A stretch of 64,000 nucleotides of DNA. Origin: Negativicutes bacterium (GTDB lineage: Bacteria > Bacillota > Negativicutes > UBA1444). Both the position numbers and the translations under genes were made by a program. The DNA lies in contig CAXXIN010000015.1 of assembly GCA_963665275.2 (NCBI GenBank), forward strand, positions 57,262 through 121,261, written 5' to 3'. Under the pieces are notes generated by a model that saw only the letters and a list, made by a program, of their open reading frames with translations, had not been told where the DNA came from and made no database searches. Within the stretch, counting starts at the first letter, position 1, and each line of letters starts with the position of its first letter. Below are positions 62,432 to 64,000 of the stretch, piece after piece.

Positions 62432-62560
62432 AGAGATCCCTCCTCAATATAATGTAAAGTTATTATTCTCTTCCGACATTTCATTCTCCTGCGTACAGAC
62501 AACAAAAAAAGCGACAGAATCGCTGCCGCCTTTACACTATTCGCTCAATTCAAGGTTGAG

Positions 62561-63254
62561 TCACAAAACTCGACGCGCACCCAGATAACGTGGCGCAAAA
62601 TAGGTATCGGAAAGGGGACTCACGGTAACGCCCCTACTTGAAGACGCATGAATAAACCGATTCTCACCTTGATAAATTCCCACATGCGATGCGCCCTTCT
62701 CATACGTCTCGAAAAAAAACCAAATCGCCAGGTTTCAGATCTTTTTTTGATTTGATTGGACTGCCGACTTCGAACTGTTTATCGGCGGTTCTGGGCAATT
62801 TGATCCCATATTGGTTGTAAACGTACATGACGAAACCGGAACAATCAAAACCCGAAGGGGTGGCGCCGCCAAAACGATATTTTACACCGCGATAGGATAG
62901 CGCCGTGTGGATAATTTTGTCCGAATTTCTATTTGGAGAGGGCTTCGCCAACTCTGTTGACTTGGCCGGAATTCCTTTGCCGGTGATCGCTTTATAGGTC
63001 TTTGCTTCAACGATACCGTCAGCTTTCAACCCTGCGGCTTTCTGAAAATCCATCACCGCTTGACGCGTCATGGTTGTAAACCTTCCGTCAACCTGTCCAC
63101 CAAAATATCCTGCGGCTTTAAGCCCTGACTGAATCTGCTCGACCGCCGGCCCAGTATCACCTGTAGAATATTGAATGTTGGCAGCCAAAGCAATCGGGCT
63201 ATAGCCCAATAACAAACACACCAACGCTCCAATTAGATACACTCGCCCCTTCAC
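62561..63254 (-). CDS. NlpC/P60 cell-wall peptidase with peptidoglycan-binding domain, apparent frameshift in T8 at ~62715
   Basis: Signal peptide, PG_binding_1-like DG.F...T..AV..FQ...GL..DGIV, GFDCSGF, GDLVFF; the other frame continues SHVGIY...FIHASSS...GARRVL*. Confidence 0.9.
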
Positions 63255-63271
63255 CTGTCCGCCACCTCCCG

Positions 63272-63702
63272 TTACTTAACGATCAGCACCGGAATAAGCG
63301 AGTGCTGCATGACACGGGAAACGACGCCCCCCACCAGAAATTCAGTGATACCGCTGAGACCCCTGCTCCCCATCACAATCACCCGGTAGTCACCCTCTTT
63401 TGCCACATGCAGGATGCGCTCCGCCGGATAGCCGAATTCGATCTTGGTGTCCAGAGGGAACTGATAGCCTTTCATTTTCTCCTCGGCCTGATTCAGCAGG
63501 GTTTGTCCTGTCTGCTGGATATCCTCGAGATCGCGCGGAATGAACAGCGGCGATCCGTCTATACTGGGAATGGTGTTGTAGGGTTGAACCACATGCATCA
63601 CCGTAATCTCGCTGGCGAATTTTTCACCCAACGTTTTGGCGTGGTCCAATGCATGCCAACCCATTCCGAACCGTCAATAGGGACCAATATTTTGCTGAAC
63701 AT
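63272..63702 (-). CDS. Universal stress protein, apparent frameshift ~63664
   Basis: MFSKILVPIDGSE after GGAGG, continuing in another frame to VMGSRG...VGGV..PVLIVK. Confidence 0.88.
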
Positions 63703-64000
63703 GCCAAGCCCTCCTCCTATAATTATTGAATTACTGGAATCTTTCATCTCCATTATACTACATTTTTCCATCATGTGGTCTTTTTGAATCAGGGCGCCTC
63801 TTCCATCACTTTGATGCGATATTCAACGGATGACCGCAAATGATCACGAGCTGGCGCCAGACGCAGAAAAGTCCGGTAATCGTTGATCGCTTCTATTTTT
63901 TGACCAACTTGTTCATAAGCAATTCCCCGATTATGATAGGCTGTGTAGTTTTGGGGATCCAGTTCTATTCCTTTGCTATAATCGAGTATGGCATCGCTCC

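Overview
64-kb chromosomal segment of an anaerobic Bacillota member, probably Negativicutes/Sporomusaceae-like (inference from gene content, sigma-A promoters, PyrR attenuator and tRNA block). Layout: (1) 0-9.1 kb copper-resistance locus (Met/Gly-rich secreted proteins, SHOCT protein, CopA, multicopper oxidase, DUF302, OmpR-family two-component system). (2) 9-34.2 kb co-oriented minus-strand catabolic island with a D-amino-acid/peptide theme: two M20 peptidases, DsdA, D-amino-acid aminotransferase, two N-acyl-D-amino-acid deacylases, an N-acylamino-acid racemase-type enolase, a CapA/MslH-like protein, asparaginase, a glycyl-radical enzyme with an atypical CGCVVP Cys loop plus activase, a twice-present DUF5058-type membrane pair, PFOR and RidA, under GntR and a divergent uncharacterised regulator. 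This island is the best candidate for an undescribed system. (3) 34.9-38.4 kb circularly permuted ATP-grasp/alpha-E/transglutaminase operon. (4) A deleted IS1202/ISNCY-like element, then an islet USP-transaldolase-PAS kinase-kaiB-kaiC ending at tRNA-Leu. (5) IlvD-family dehydratase with TRAP and MFS transporters sharing a duplicated promoter. (6) Seven tRNAs, pyrB-pyrC-carA-carB, amidohydrolase/DcuC, NlpC/P60, USP. At least seven single-base frameshifts can be repaired at short homopolymers and are probably long-read assembly errors, not true pseudogenes. All calls are from motif reading by eye; no searches were run.
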